Shown: positions 63,176 to 64,000 of the stretch, piece after piece
Numbering within the stretch: position 1 is the stretch's first letter
Layout of the letters: every line of letters starts with the position of its first letter
NCBI RefSeq assembly: GCF_030144855.1
Contig: NC_082731.1
Coordinates: 22,940,001-23,004,000, forward strand
DNA from: Hypanus sabinus
Taxonomy: Eukaryota
Length of the DNA stretch: 64,000 bases
Direction: 5' to 3'
Notes under the pieces: generated by a model
What the model was told of the DNA's origin: nothing
The model's input: only the letters and a program-made list of their open reading frames with translations
Databases searched by the model: none
Position numbers and translations under genes: made by a program

Positions 63176-64000
63176 ATGTCGTTCAAAATAATAGTTACTG
63201 TCCAGTGTGCCAAAGCAATTCATGGCGACTGGATTCAATTCTATCTGGCTGCAGTTGTTTAGTCGTTTAAATCAAAGATTTTTAGCTATTTGTTACAGCT
63301 ATGATGAATGATTCACCGGAATCTGAATAATTGAAGTTTTGAAGAAGTTTGTAAAGATATCAGTGAGCAGGTGCGCACATCCTGACTACATGACCTGAGA
63401 TGTGTTCTTGCCACGTCTCATAACTGAGTGCGAGTGATAACTGTGAGTTTCCTTCTGATGTTTGCTGATGCTACAGAAGTGACGGCAGCGCTGTGGGCTT
63501 TTAATGCGGAGCGTACATCCATGTCCACCTACATAGATTAGCGTGATAAGTAAGTCAGCAGAAGAAAAGGGACCCTGAATTGGAGAATGGATTTGGAGTA
63601 AGTGGAACCTGAGCAAATTACGGGAGCTTGGAAAAATACCTGTTCATGCCATCATGTTATTCGATACCCAAATAGATGTTGTCTCAGGATAGCAGAATAA
63701 GAGGTCATGGACGCCATGTTGCAGTGGATTTGATAATTAAATTAAAATGGTTGGGATTCTTTGAAATCCTTCCTGCTGCAGGATTCGCAATGATTCACAA
63801 CGATTAGTACGATTACATGGATCCCACGACCTCCGTCGGTTCACTCCGACGTTGTGCACATCGGATTATAAACACTGCATGTAGTGAATACGACAAAAAG
63901 GTGAAAGAAAAAAGGAGGAAATTTACAAGATTTCAGCCCACAGAGGTTGCTCCCTATTTCAAGATAGCGGATCTATTTCTCTTTTCATTCCCAGCCACCG

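Larger units (their letters stand above)
60524..64000. repeat. Segmental duplication block B, copy 3 (contains V3; runs off the right edge)
   Basis: Collinear with 22630-about 25935. Confidence 0.9.

Noticed and set aside
47087-64000. Duplication as an assembly artefact (uncollapsed haplotype)
   Set aside because: The copies differ by abundant substitutions and independent large indels, far beyond allelic divergence.
1-64000. CRISPR arrays, rRNA/tRNA genes, prokaryotic systems
   Set aside because: No regularly spaced repeats, no RNA gene recognised apart from tRNA-derived SINE remnants; the sequence is clearly vertebrate.

Overview
Vertebrate genomic DNA with no prokaryotic features. The repeat landscape (CR1, Rex1, tRNA-SINE, sushi-type Gypsy) suggests a cartilaginous fish; this is an inference. 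The window is part of a T-cell receptor alpha/delta variable-gene array. It holds three intact plus-strand V segments (ATG at 15363, 24344, 62395). Each has a 46-nt leader exon, a 95-99-nt phase-1 intron, an open V exon ending YYCALR and a CACAGTG-23-ACAAAA(G/A)TT recombination signal. They resemble mammalian TRDV1 around CDR1, but all three carry Phe or Leu at the position of the normally invariant Ig-fold Trp41. The V genes lie in a tandemly duplicated cassette: A block 1-13.6k / 47.1-60.5k; B block 13.6-22.5k / 22.6-29.7k / 60.5-64k; C block 29.7-47.1k present once. The period is about 38 kb, and one interval appears collapsed by microhomology-bounded deletions. The rest is decayed transposons (three Gypsy families, one with LTRs and TSD in both A copies; CR1, Rex1, L2-like, SINE, hAT-type MITE), a retroviral env fragment, microsatellites, four N gaps and several probable decayed V pseudogenes. 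No D, J or C segment is seen. All alignments, counts and identities were done by eye, without database searches.
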